A stretch of DNA of 62,408 nucleotides, the filler included, from Globobulimina sp. (lineage: Eukaryota): assembly GCA_003354225.1 (NCBI GenBank). It is 30 parts of 30 records of this genome, joined end to end, with 100 filler letters (N's around TTAATTAATTAA, not from the genome) between each part and the next. Parts side by side here need not be neighbours in the genome. Positions count along the whole stretch, not along the records: positions 20,848 to 22,831 come from PIVH01010000.1; positions 22,932 to 24,915 come from PIVH01010001.1; positions 25,016 to 26,999 come from PIVH01010002.1; positions 27,100 to 29,083 come from PIVH01010003.1; positions 29,184 to 31,167 come from PIVH01010004.1; positions 31,268 to 33,251 come from PIVH01010005.1; 24 more parts are not named here. The stretch is one strand, 5' to 3'. Below the pieces are notes generated by a model, which was given only the letters and a program-made list of their open reading frames with translations, did not search any database and was not told the DNA's origin. Of the stretch, positions 22,531-33,351 are shown piece after piece. Both the position numbers and the translations under genes were made by a program. The number at the start of each line of letters is the position of its first letter. The first letter of the stretch is position 1.

Positions 22531-23304
22531 GTGCTTTTATTCATAGTTCGTGTCAGTCGTTTCTTGTGTTGCTAATAAATGATATATTCAGTTCATCGAA
22601 GATTATTAAGTATGAGGAAATGAAGCAAACCATATTTTAAACCACCACAATTTCTATTTTCCTGTTTTTGATTGTTTTATATCTTTTTTTAGTGTTATTT
22701 TATATTGAAAATTAATGATAATATTAATAAATAAACATTCAATCAAATATGCTAAATATAATTATAAATTAGAGATTGAACAAAATAATCATCCTCAATT
22801 TGGTAAATTTCATTCTTTTTGTGTGAATCCTNNNNNNNNNNNNNNNNNNNNNNNNNNNNNNNNNNNNNNNNNNNNTTAATTAATTAANNNNNNNNNNNNN
22901 NNNNNNNNNNNNNNNNNNNNNNNNNNNNNNNCTAACAACAATGGCGACGTCATGCTGGATAAAGTTAGAATTTCTATATGATAAATCTCTGCTATGATGG
23001 TAAATCATTTGCGGTGCTAACACTCATTCAAGATCCAATCACGATCACAATATAAATTGCCAGTACAATTTGTATTGTCACATGTTTGTATATTAAACAC
23101 TCAATCCAACTATGACTTGCATTCATGGGTCTTTCCGGCGTTGATACAAACGAAAAAACGGAATTGAATGGTCATGAATGAAAATGAATTGACTCCAGCT
23201 AACTAACTTTTCCTAAAGTGTCGCGTTTTTAGTACATTCCATGATTAATTAAAAGTATTCATTTCATGCAATTTCTAATTCATTGTAAAATATCTCTTGC
23301 ATAA

Positions 23305-23358
23305 AATTAGGGAATGTTGGTAAATTACGTAATTAAAATTTGGCCCTAGGTCCTAGGT
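23305..23358 (+). repeat. Dispersed non-coding element, copy A
   Basis: AATTAGGGAATGTTGGTAAATTACGTAATTAAAATTTGGCCCTAGGTCCTAGGT; colinear with 37296-37348 on another contig. Confidence 0.8.
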
Positions 23359-24096
23359 CCCATCGCAATTGCAACCAATTGTAACAACTTCAAACTTTTT
23401 TTCTTAAAGCATTGTAAAGCGGTTGAAGCAGATTTTTCACATTGTAACAAATTATTATAGAATCCATGAAATGTTTTTATTCATTTTTTAATGGAAAATG
23501 TGTGTGTTAATTGAAAATGGACAAAGTGAAACAAAAATGTGTATACAGTATGTTGTGTTTGGATGGTTCATGGTTGATATATATAATATTTATTTTCACC
23601 CTTGAGTTCTTTCGCTTTATTGATTACAATTTGTATAACACTCAATGTGTCTTTCCGGGATACAAAACCAAAAATGGAATTGCATGGCATGAATGAATTG
23701 GGCATTCTGAGATGATAAGATGCATTTTTTGATTGTTGGATCGTAATCTCAAATAAAAATGCAGCATTTTCATCTTTACAGTTTGATGAATTTTGATAAA
23801 AATTGCGAATCACAGATTAATGGTTTGTTGCCCAGCAAATATATGTTTTGATGTTATAAAAAGTGGAAAATATTGACATAAATGAAGCAGAATGACATTA
23901 CTTTTGTTGAATTTGAATTGTCAGCCTATTAACAGTCAATGTGAATCATTGCAAGTATTCATTCAAGCAGTCATTCTGTTTCATTCAAACACACGATTTC
24001 AATGTAAAACATTTTAAGACATTAATAAATCTTAAGATAATATCAAACCAAAAACAAAGAGATAATTTAGGGCTATTTAGAGGGATCCAATATAAT

Positions 24097-24705
24097 ATGG
24101 AACAATTTAGTGCTGATTCACTGGAGGAACTTAAAGATATGATGTGGAAAATATCAACTATATTACTTAATACTATATTCGATCGGTTTTGTGCATATCA
24201 AAATGATATTGGAATGCCAGGAACTGAATTTACATAATTTATTGACGAATTACCAAGCTAGTATCAAGATAGATTTGCCAAAATATGGACCTTTCGGCAG
24301 TTGGCTGGAAATAAATCTGTGTTATTACTCGATATTTTTGAATTTGAATGTTATATTGACATTGAATTTGAATTACAACCAACGCAAACAAAACGGAAAA
24401 TACATCCAATGCGTTCATATTTCTCAAACAAAGATAGGTTATCGCTTCTTGCAGCTATTGATGAAGATGAACATAATCCATTCTATGGTGTACGAACTAG
24501 TGCCTATTACAAAGCAAATACATTTGCAAATAATAGCTGTATTACTGACAGTTCTTTGCGAAATATAGTAAATACAGAGTTGTCACCAAGAACAGTTAGA
24601 ACACCAAGATTAGAGGAAATGAATACAATGGGCATCATCTACACCCGTCAAAGCAATATTACAAACCATATCAATCAATGTAAAAAGAAACTAAATGGTG
24701 CTTAA
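24097..24705 (+). pseudogene. Coding frame interrupted by two in-frame stops
   Basis: ORFs 23941-24237 and 24301-24705 share one frame and read GTEFT*FIDELPS*YQDRFAK with TAA 24235-24237 and TAG 24259-24261. Confidence 0.6.
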
Positions 24706-25015
24706 AATAAAAACCTTAGATGGTGTCACGTGGATGGTGTGTATAATGAGCACTCCTGCATTGTTACAAATTGGTGTGTATAATGAATTCATTTCCATTT
24801 CCTGTAAAATTGAAGTTACTTACACTTAATCCCTGTTTAATGTGTAATATTAATCCTTGCACATATTGCATGAGAGCGAAATGAGATGGTAATCTTCAAG
24901 AAACAATTTATAATTNNNNNNNNNNNNNNNNNNNNNNNNNNNNNNNNNNNNNNNNNNNNTTAATTAATTAANNNNNNNNNNNNNNNNNNNNNNNNNNNNN
25001 NNNNNNNNNNNNNNN

Positions 25016-25178
25016 GCAAATCAATAATTGATTCAATTTGTTCATCAATAATTTGAGTCATATCCATTTTGTTCACATTTGTACTTTCAAATAATTCTAT
25101 AAACTCTCTGAGCTGATTCAAAATATATTTTCTACGCTCAACATCATCAACAATATGCGAGGTGTTCGATAAGATCAT
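25016..25178 (-). CDS. Hypothetical protein, N-terminal fragment
   Basis: ATG-initiated helical-looking frame open to the contig edge, divergent from 25221. Confidence 0.45.
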
Positions 25179-25220
25179 GAAAAAAAGAAAAAACTTTTCA
25201 GTACATATCGGAAAGTCCTA

Positions 25221-26999
25221 ATGGAACTCATTTCAGCAAAATTGCATACATCCATTGGCAGTTTCCCATCATCTTCATCATTAACTGGCTTTTTAACATC
25301 GGAAGACGGTGTATCACCGATCCAGACATATCCAGTCTATGTAACCAAAAACATACCAGATGACAAAGATGAAATACACAATAAAACCAATGACTCCCTC
25401 ACTAACAATACATTAATAATATTGGACAAAGAATATAAAATAATGCACAAAATTGTAATAAACGATCAAGAAATTGTAAATATCTCATGCTATAAATCCA
25501 AAATAGCAATCTCAACCTGCTCAGAGATACGAATACTGCAAAAATTCGGTGATGAACTGCGAACACTATGCATATTGGACGAAGAAAACATTTACAACTC
25601 ATGTTTTTTCCTTGATGGCAATGGGTTATGTATCTGCAAAAAAGCAAACAAAGTCATACTATACAACCTCAATGATCTGATAAATCGGTATCATGCACAA
25701 TTAGATGCCCTGGAAACAGAGAAGCAAAAATTAAAGAAACGCACAAAATTGAGCAAAGGCTTAGAATCTGGCGCAACAACACCGACACAATCAGTCATGT
25801 CATATAACGACGAGGAGTTTGACGAGGATTCCGACTCTGAGATAGATCCCGAATTAATCGGCGATATTATCAATGAAGTCAACGGCGTGAATACAAAACA
25901 AGACATCAATGCATTGGTAGTTGGACATAGAACCATTTACATTGAAACGCAAAGTATGTAAAAACAAGACTAAGTATCCTCGCACTTGCAAATATATCAT
26001 ATTATATGTTATATCCTTGCACTGTTTACTACGTACCACAGAGCCTCCGGATGATGAGAAAAAGAATGAAATGGATGATCATGATAATGACACATGGAGC
26101 ATATCAGTGATAGCCATATGTTGTACATCCTCATTTTGGTGGATAGGAATGATTGACAACTTTGGTGTGTTGCATGTGTGCAAATTAATGGCGGAATGGC
26201 CGAGTGTCAGCAATTTAAGTGACATGGCATCCTCCTCCAATCCCAATGCCTGTGTAGTGCAATTATGGCGAAACCAGCCCAGTGTGTCCGTGTCGCGCGA
26301 GAACAGCAACAATAATAATAATAATACTCTGTGGTTCATAGGAATGTGGACATATTTTACAAATAATAACACCAACACTCAGTATATATCATGGTACAAA
26401 TTATGCGATACCATCGTTTTACTCATGTTGGACTCATGCGGTGTGATACATTTATGGAATGAACCGAGTTATAATTACATATTATCCTCACTCTCATCCT
26501 ACGACAGCAATAAATTTATATTTCGATGCATTTTAAGCATAGATTGCAGCACTTTTGTTGGCTTTGCATGTATACAAAATATATTATGTGACAGCAATGA
26601 ATTTGCAACAAATGTGAATAATAACAATAATGATTATATATGGCTGTTAACTCTGGACAATATGGGTAATATTTGTGTGTATTTCATCCAAAATATTGCC
26701 TTATTTGAGTGTGGTAAAGCGTCTTTAATTAAATTTAGTGAAATTGAGAAAGGAATTATATATCGCTTGGGAAATATGCACAAATCGCTGTGTCATTCAT
26801 ATCTATTTGACACGCAAATGGGCGTCACAATGACGAGCAAATTCGATGCAAATAGCAACCAAATAGCATGCCCCATCATGTTGCAATGGAATATATTCTT
26901 TAATTCTGGCATATTTTGTCATTTTATTAACCAAAAACATGTGATTTGTAATCGAATGTTTGGCGGAATACTTCCCAATGACCCAATTGTTAAATTTAT
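25221..26999 (+). CDS. Large protein with beta-propeller (WD40-like) pattern, 2 exons, 3' partial
   Basis: Phase-1 intron 25954-26041 (GTATGT...CCACAG) joins two ORFs as IETQK-PPDDEKK. Repeated LxxxDxxGxIxLW-type blade ends (MIDNFGVLHVC, MLDSCGVIHLW, TLDNMGNICVY). Confidence 0.7.
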
Positions 27000-27099
27000 N
27001 NNNNNNNNNNNNNNNNNNNNNNNNNNNNNNNNNNNNNNNNNNNTTAATTAATTAANNNNNNNNNNNNNNNNNNNNNNNNNNNNNNNNNNNNNNNNNNNN

Positions 27100-27362
27100 G
27101 TGTCGTGAATAACAAATATGGAAATAATTAGTTCGATAACAATGTTTATTACTTGCGGCGCATTTAATTCATACTTACTCAATATTAAAATATGTGCACA
27201 GGCCACAAATAAACAATAAATTAATACACATAGTCGAATAACAGCCAATACACCATTTAAAATCGCAGCAATTACAAATGAGCGATTTTCCTCTCCAGAT
27301 TCTGCCAATATAGGATCTCTTTTTAAAATTGCTTTTTCAATTGGATCTACTTCGTTTCTCAT
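27100..27362 (-). CDS. Membrane protein, N-terminal fragment
   Basis: ATG-initiated, two hydrophobic segments, open to the edge. Confidence 0.55.
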
Positions 27363-27500
27363 CGTAGTGTTTTACTATGTTTCTGGCTTAAAGTTATTTC
27401 AAATCAGTTTAATTCAAATATGCGTCTGGTCTCTATATTAGTCTCGACTGGATCCTCACAGAGTACATTTGAGTTGCAAAAAAGCAGTTTTTGTTGCACA

Positions 27501-28853
27501 ATGTCACCTTATCTCCGCAAAATGATATCCATTTGTAACATATTGTTGGCATTTGAGATGTACAAAGTATTATCTCAGTCTCCTTGCGATGATTCAAACG
27601 CAGGCTGTCAATTCCATTACAATGATGGTCGATGTAGATTGTACACTGGAAGTGGTTATGAAGAAATATCAGCTCAATCGTTTGCAACTATTGATAATAA
27701 ATGCAATAGTTATTGGCAAATGGAATACGGTTCTGTTGGTACAGCAACACAATGTACTCAAGCAGCACGCGATGCAAATCAATTTATATGGCCAGTCGGT
27801 GAATGTGGTTGTCCGTTATGTGAGTGTCCATCAGCTTCATTTTGCTGTTACGAAGCACCATCATCACCATTTGATATAAATAATTGGACACAAAACGCCG
27901 CACTCATAGAATGTGCTGCAGATTACGACATGTGTCATTATGCAATAGAAGCGAATATTGCAGGTAATACAGCCTCTGTTTCTTGCTCGAATGAAAAAGA
28001 TTTAAATGACCGTTTATCCCTCAATGTATCCTCGCCTTTGTCCACTGTTTTAAGTGAAAATAATAACACTGCATGTTATACATTTATCGAATCTGATAAT
28101 AGCACTAAATTAACTTGTTTTTGTGGGCAGAGTGGCTGTAATGATATCTTTACAGCGAATATTTCTGTGCCTGCTTTACAAGTAAAAAATTCGTGTTATG
28201 TCAGCGATTCTTTTCATAACGAACCATTTTGGAGCAATTATGTGTATCAAGATAAACAGTGTGAAATGTGTGGGATTTCAATAACAAATCAAGATGGAAG
28301 CGGAAATAAAGTGGAATTATCATGCAAAAGAAGAGCAAATTGTAAAACATTATTATCCGAATATGGTGAATATAATGATGTATTGAGTGGTTGTGCAGTA
28401 ACAGTGGGCACCGCAGCAATTGCATCAACATATACAACTACTGAATGTTGCTGTGATCCAAGTATTGACGGCAATTTATGCAATGAACAGTTTTTAACTA
28501 CACAACAAATGCCCATACAGTCTAATTTTGGTTGTTGGAAAGCAGATTTTTTAACTGCGTTTGAGGATAATTGGGATACAAATGCAAAACGAATAAATTG
28601 TTCATATGAATATTATAAATATTGCTATATTCAATCATTTGGAAGTAACAGATATAGTTCAAATTGTGAAACAGAATCAAATTGTAACAGTATTACAGAT
28701 TTGGAAAATAGTAAAAGAGTGTGTTGCAATGATACTGATTTTTGTAATCAACCATCTATATTCCATACGTCTTCCGCGGCAAATAATTCTCTTTGTTTGG
28801 TAATTATTTGGATTGCGACATTTTTTTCTTTCAGTTTGTTTTCAATGTTTTGA
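27501..28853 (+). CDS. Cysteine-rich secreted surface protein with three-finger (Ly6/uPAR)-like repeats and a probable GPI signal
   Basis: Signal-like N-terminus (start could be 27420, 27501 or 27522); repeat ends CFCGQSGCN, CCCDPSIDGNLCN and CCNDTDFCN; C-terminus SSAA plus hydrophobic tail with no cytosolic residues. Confidence 0.75.
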   Translation: MSPYLRKMISICNILLAFEMYKVLSQSPCDDSNAGCQFHYNDGRCRLYTGSGYEEISAQSFATIDNKCNSYWQMEYGSVGTATQCTQAARDANQFIWPVGECGCPLCECPSASFCCYEAPSSPFDINNWTQNAALIECAADYDMCHYAIEANIAGNTASVSCSNEKDLNDRLSLNVSSPLSTVLSENNNTACYTFIESDNSTKLTCFCGQSGCNDIFTANISVPALQVKNSCYVSDSFHNEPFWSNYVYQDKQCEMCGISITNQDGSGNKVELSCKRRANCKTLLSEYGEYNDVLSGCAVTVGTAAIASTYTTTECCCDPSIDGNLCNEQFLTTQQMPIQSNFGCWKADFLTAFEDNWDTNAKRINCSYEYYKYCYIQSFGSNRYSSNCETESNCNSITDLENSKRVCCNDTDFCNQPSIFHTSSAANNSLCLVIIWIATFFSFSLFSMF

Positions 28854-28911
28854 TTTTTTTTTATGCTTGATTTTAATTTCTTTTTTTAGTTTGGTAGAAA
28901 ATTATTTGACA

Positions 28912-29083
28912 ATGGCAGCCGGCACAGAGTATCATAAAAATCTGATCTATCAACGAATTGATGAAGCCACATCAGTCAATGATCTTATTCCAATGTTACA
29001 ATTGATGGAATTGCAAATGATTAAAAATATAATAAAAAGTCAGATGGAAACCGTAGCATTAAATGAGAGATCAAACATATTTT
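28912..29083 (+). CDS. Hypothetical protein, N-terminal fragment
   Basis: MAAGTEYHKNL... open to the contig edge. Confidence 0.5.
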
Positions 29084-29183
29084 NNNNNNNNNNNNNNNNN
29101 NNNNNNNNNNNNNNNNNNNNNNNNNNNTTAATTAATTAANNNNNNNNNNNNNNNNNNNNNNNNNNNNNNNNNNNNNNNNNNNN

Positions 29184-31167
29184 ACATTATCAATCAAAAT
29201 GGTATTATTTTCATTATTTTGCTGCTTGGACGTATTAATATTTATATTGGTAAATATTTTTTGTATCTTATGTCGAAATGGAACCCATCCAACACGCCCC
29301 ATCATACAGGTGAGCGCGTACTGAATAAACGATTCCTCAACAGCCTGACTCTCAAGATACAATTTTCTGGAAATATATGTAACATAAATGATAGAAAACA
29401 AACGGTTTCATAAAAAAACATATCAAACTTAACACAATCTGTCCGAATGAATTGATGACAGCACTGCCAACACTTAGATACAAATCACGCTTCGAAATGG
29501 AGGTTCCTTCCAATTGCAACAATGCTCCGCCAACATCGAATGCGATCAGTCCTTGCAATATGACCTGAGGCAGATTCTCAAACATTAGCTGTCCGACGGC
29601 CTTCTGTCTCTTAAAGCCCTCCCAATTCATCCTATCCATTCCCAATTGCTGCGCCATCAACTCCTCGGTCTCTTTGATGGCATTCTCATTTCGACATAAA
29701 ATGTTATACAAAAACCATTTGTAAACAGTAAAGCAAGAGTCAATGATATCGATTATTATAAAGTATAAGAAACCAGTCGGCAGCAAATATAACAATAAAA
29801 ACATTTTCTTAAACCCTTCTAAATGATCAAATGTCTTCCTCCAAATAAACAATTTGATCCCCGAACTGTATGAAAGCACATACGGTGAAAAGATTGATAT
29901 AAACAATGCGATGGTTAAAAGTATCACATTATTCCGCTGCGCTTTATACAATAAAATAAGATCAGTGGACAAATCTAATAACGACAGTGAACGCGAAATA
30001 ACATATCCTGTGTACATCAATGCTTTGGTCCATTTCCATCCATCTTTAGCTTTTTTATGGTGAACTTCTTTATTCTCTAAATTGGGTTTGATCGCATCAT
30101 ATTTATGTGTGGCAATTTGCTTATACTGATTCATTTTTTGTGCTTCGATAATCAGTTCTTTTTCTTTTTTCTCCGTTCGAGGAGTCAATGGAATGGACAC
30201 TTCAGTGGCTAAGGTGGCTATTTTTGACGTTGGGACTCTTGTAATATCACTGGTATCCGCTTCATGCGTAACTTGGTATTTTTCTTCCATATCACCTTGT
30301 AATTCTTGAATTAATTCTGCCTGATATTGCTCCTGACATATAATATTATTTACATCTATATCCTCATGATCCGCTCTTACAATCCTTCGTGAAAAATGTG
30401 TAGAGAGATTTCTTTGTATTCCTACATTTTCGGATAATCGAATTAGTTCATATTTAAATTTATGACTGGATGAGCCATAGATCGTTTTGTTTAATTGATA
30501 AGGTATAGCCGCGCCATAATTGGACGCCATCTGATTATTTAATAATTGACACGTATCACTATCATATAAATGCCATATATTTTTACTTGGTTCGCCTTCC
30601 CAGTACCACCGCCATTTGGTGTTGGATTCGGATGTATTATGCTGTGGAGATATTGGTTGTTTTTGAATATATGTTCCTTTTATTATCTGTCTGCAATGTT
30701 TTGTTTCGACATTGATTTGGTATCCGATAAATTGCGATGTCTTCACAATTAAATATAATCTCTGCTTCTCTTTATTAGTGAAAATAAAAGATCTGCCAAC
30801 ATCCAATGCATTCAGTTTAAGAGATATTTGCTTATCATATTTCTCATAATGGTTTGCTTTCTGTGCCCAAAACCATAGCGATAAGTCACTGTCATCATAT
30901 TCATAATTTACTTTTGTGTGCGGTGTTTGCGAGGATTGTACTGAATGCGTGGGCATATTCGTTGGATTATTTATTGCGTATTTTGAATGTTTCCACCAGG
31001 GATTTTTATTAATAATAAATGAATGCCAACTTTGACCCCAAATATTGACAAAACCATCCAATAAAATAAATCCATTTTGTATGAATTGCTGTTTTTTATG
31101 CTGTGGAAAACACAGTCGTTTACCATCTTGTTCTTCAGGGTTTGAATATAAATCAAAATATAATTCA
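29184..31167 (-). CDS. WWE-domain protein with XK-like multi-pass membrane region, partial at both ends; intron 29367-29433
   Basis: WRWYWEG...WHLYDSDTCQLL...QRNLSTHFSRRIVR (WWE) and a weaker upstream copy (LWFWAQK...YEKYD...QINVETKHCRQI); TM block LDLSTDLILL...FENLPQVILQ. The spliced frame continues KLYLESQAVEESF. Confidence 0.75.
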
Positions 31168-31267
31168 NNNNNNNNNNNNNNNNNNNNNNNNNNNNNNNNN
31201 NNNNNNNNNNNTTAATTAATTAANNNNNNNNNNNNNNNNNNNNNNNNNNNNNNNNNNNNNNNNNNNN

Positions 31268-32965
31268 TATCTCTTTTTGTTTTTTTATTAATGATTTTGA
31301 TAAATGTAATAATTTATTTATTTCCTCATTATATAAATCATGAAAAGATTTATATTCTTTATTTAATTCATCCAAATTATTTTGATATTTTTCTTCCATT
31401 TCAACTTTTTCCAATCTTATTTTATTTATTTCAATTTCACTCTTTATTGATTCGTGTTTTGTCTCTAAACTATTTACATTTTTTTTTAACGAACTTATAT
31501 TATTTTCTAATTTATTTAATTCCGAATCCGTCGAAATCCTCATATTTTGATAGATTTTTTTTTTCTCCAAATATTTATTTTCAAATAATTTAAAATCATC
31601 CCGTTTTTCTTTCAAGTTTTTAACAATTGGTTGTAATTTATTTTTTTTTAATTTCAATGTTTGATTTATTTTTTCAATTTCTTTTTTAATATCACCCTCA
31701 TTTTTTATTGCTGCTACGTTGTGTAATTCATTTCTTTTATTGTTTATTTCCTTTATTTCTAAATATTCAGCCAAATTACTATGCTTTTCTCGTAATCCTT
31801 CATTTGTTGTTTGGAAAACACTTAATTCGTTTCTCAAATTTTGTAATTTCGTTTTACATTTTTTATATTTTTCTGTTTTGATTCGTAATGAATTCATGTA
31901 TTTTTTTAATTCATTTTCTCTCATCACGCGACCACCATTTTTCGTCGCAATTTTATCCATTTCTTCATCTAATTTTATTGCATCCGATCGCAAATCGCGT
32001 AATTCATTTTTTCTCTCATTTAACCTCTTTATAGCATCGGTTTTCTTTTTCGTCACTCCGATTGCTCGCTTTTTATAAAAACCTAATTTGGAATCAATTG
32101 TTTGTAGTAATTCATCTCTTCCTTTCTCTAAATCTGACACTTCTTTCTCTAAAATATTTATATTATTTGCTAGATTTATGACATCATTTTCTGTATAAAT
32201 ATTCTGACCATTTAATATTAACAAAGTTTCATTTAAAACTTGTTCATTTTCCGCATATTCCTCATCCAATTTATTCAGTACAAAATTTGTAGCATTTATT
32301 TCATTTTTTAAACCATTTAAAATATCATTGGACTCAATGATTGATTGCAAATTATTCTTTTTGTTTATTAAATTTGCAATGTATTTGCTATTTATATTTA
32401 GTTCTTTTCTTTGTTCGCTTCCTCTTTCAAATAACATTGCTTCCTCTTCTTGTGCACGACGTAAAAATGAGGTTAATTCCAATAATTCCGAAAAAGTATT
32501 TTGATTTTTACCGGCAGCAAATCGCAATGATTCTTCTTCCGATTTATTTTTCATTTTACCTAATTTTGAAATTAATTGTTCTTTTTCATGTTTTAATTGT
32601 GTTATTTCTTGTTGTAACATATTGACATTGTCGTTTTCGTCATTAATAATGTTGCTGTTTCCCGTAGTTTCCATCAACTGTTTATGACTGTTTTTAAATT
32701 CAACTTTCCGTTTTTTTAATTCTTCCAAAAGATCGAATAATATCGGATCAACAAGAAATTCTTGCGGTAATTCAAACGGTTTCAAATATTTTGCAATATA
32801 TGCTCTTGTTTTTAATTCTCTTTGTTTTGTTAATAACCAATATAAAATATTACAAATTAAATCTCTCTTTTCTTCATTTTTAAATTGTTGCATAAATACA
32901 ATCTCATCTTCACGGATTGTTGGGTAATTTAGTAATTTCAAGCAGTTCAACAAGTTCGCACACAC
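31268..32965 (-). CDS. IFT81: Intraflagellar transport protein 81, partial
   Basis: LKLLNY...ILYWLL...ELKTRAYIAKYL...LPQEFL..D followed by long coiled coils with LRRAQEEE and ELKKYMNSLR.KT..YK, matching IFT81. The extreme N-terminus is missing. Confidence 0.88.
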
Positions 32966-33166
32966 AGGCCTGTGACCAGTGTTCTCACTGCAACCAAAAG
33001 CACAGCCAGGCTATCATACTAATGGTCACCTATATAACATGGGAACCAGTCAACTACCTAGTTGAATACAATTTCTGAAATGATCAAAAGTTCAGTTTGG
33101 GCATTGACCTGTAGGTCTTACTTCTCTGACCAACCAGCCGGCCATTGTACAAATGGTGCACCCCAC

Positions 33167-33250
33167 CAGATGCAGCAGCCCGCCATCGGTGCCAACCCAC
33201 AGCGAACCATCGTCTGCCACCAGCACATCGTAGAGTTGCCCCGTGCCCAG
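33167..33250 (-). other. GC-rich bacterial-like coding fragment (two-component regulator propeller repeat)
   Basis: Reads LGTGQLYDVLVADDGSLWVGTDGGLLHL, the DxxGxLWxGTxxGL blade motif; codon usage is GC-ending, unlike the rest of the contig. Confidence 0.65.
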
Positions 33251-33351
33251 GNNNNNNNNNNNNNNNNNNNNNNNNNNNNNNNNNNNNNNNNNNNNTTAAT
33301 TAATTAANNNNNNNNNNNNNNNNNNNNNNNNNNNNNNNNNNNNNNNNNNNN

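Noticed and set aside
24097..24705. Alternative genetic code for the whole window
   Set aside because: Conserved genes end at TAA, TAG or TGA right after their expected C-termini and use CAA/CAG and TGG normally.
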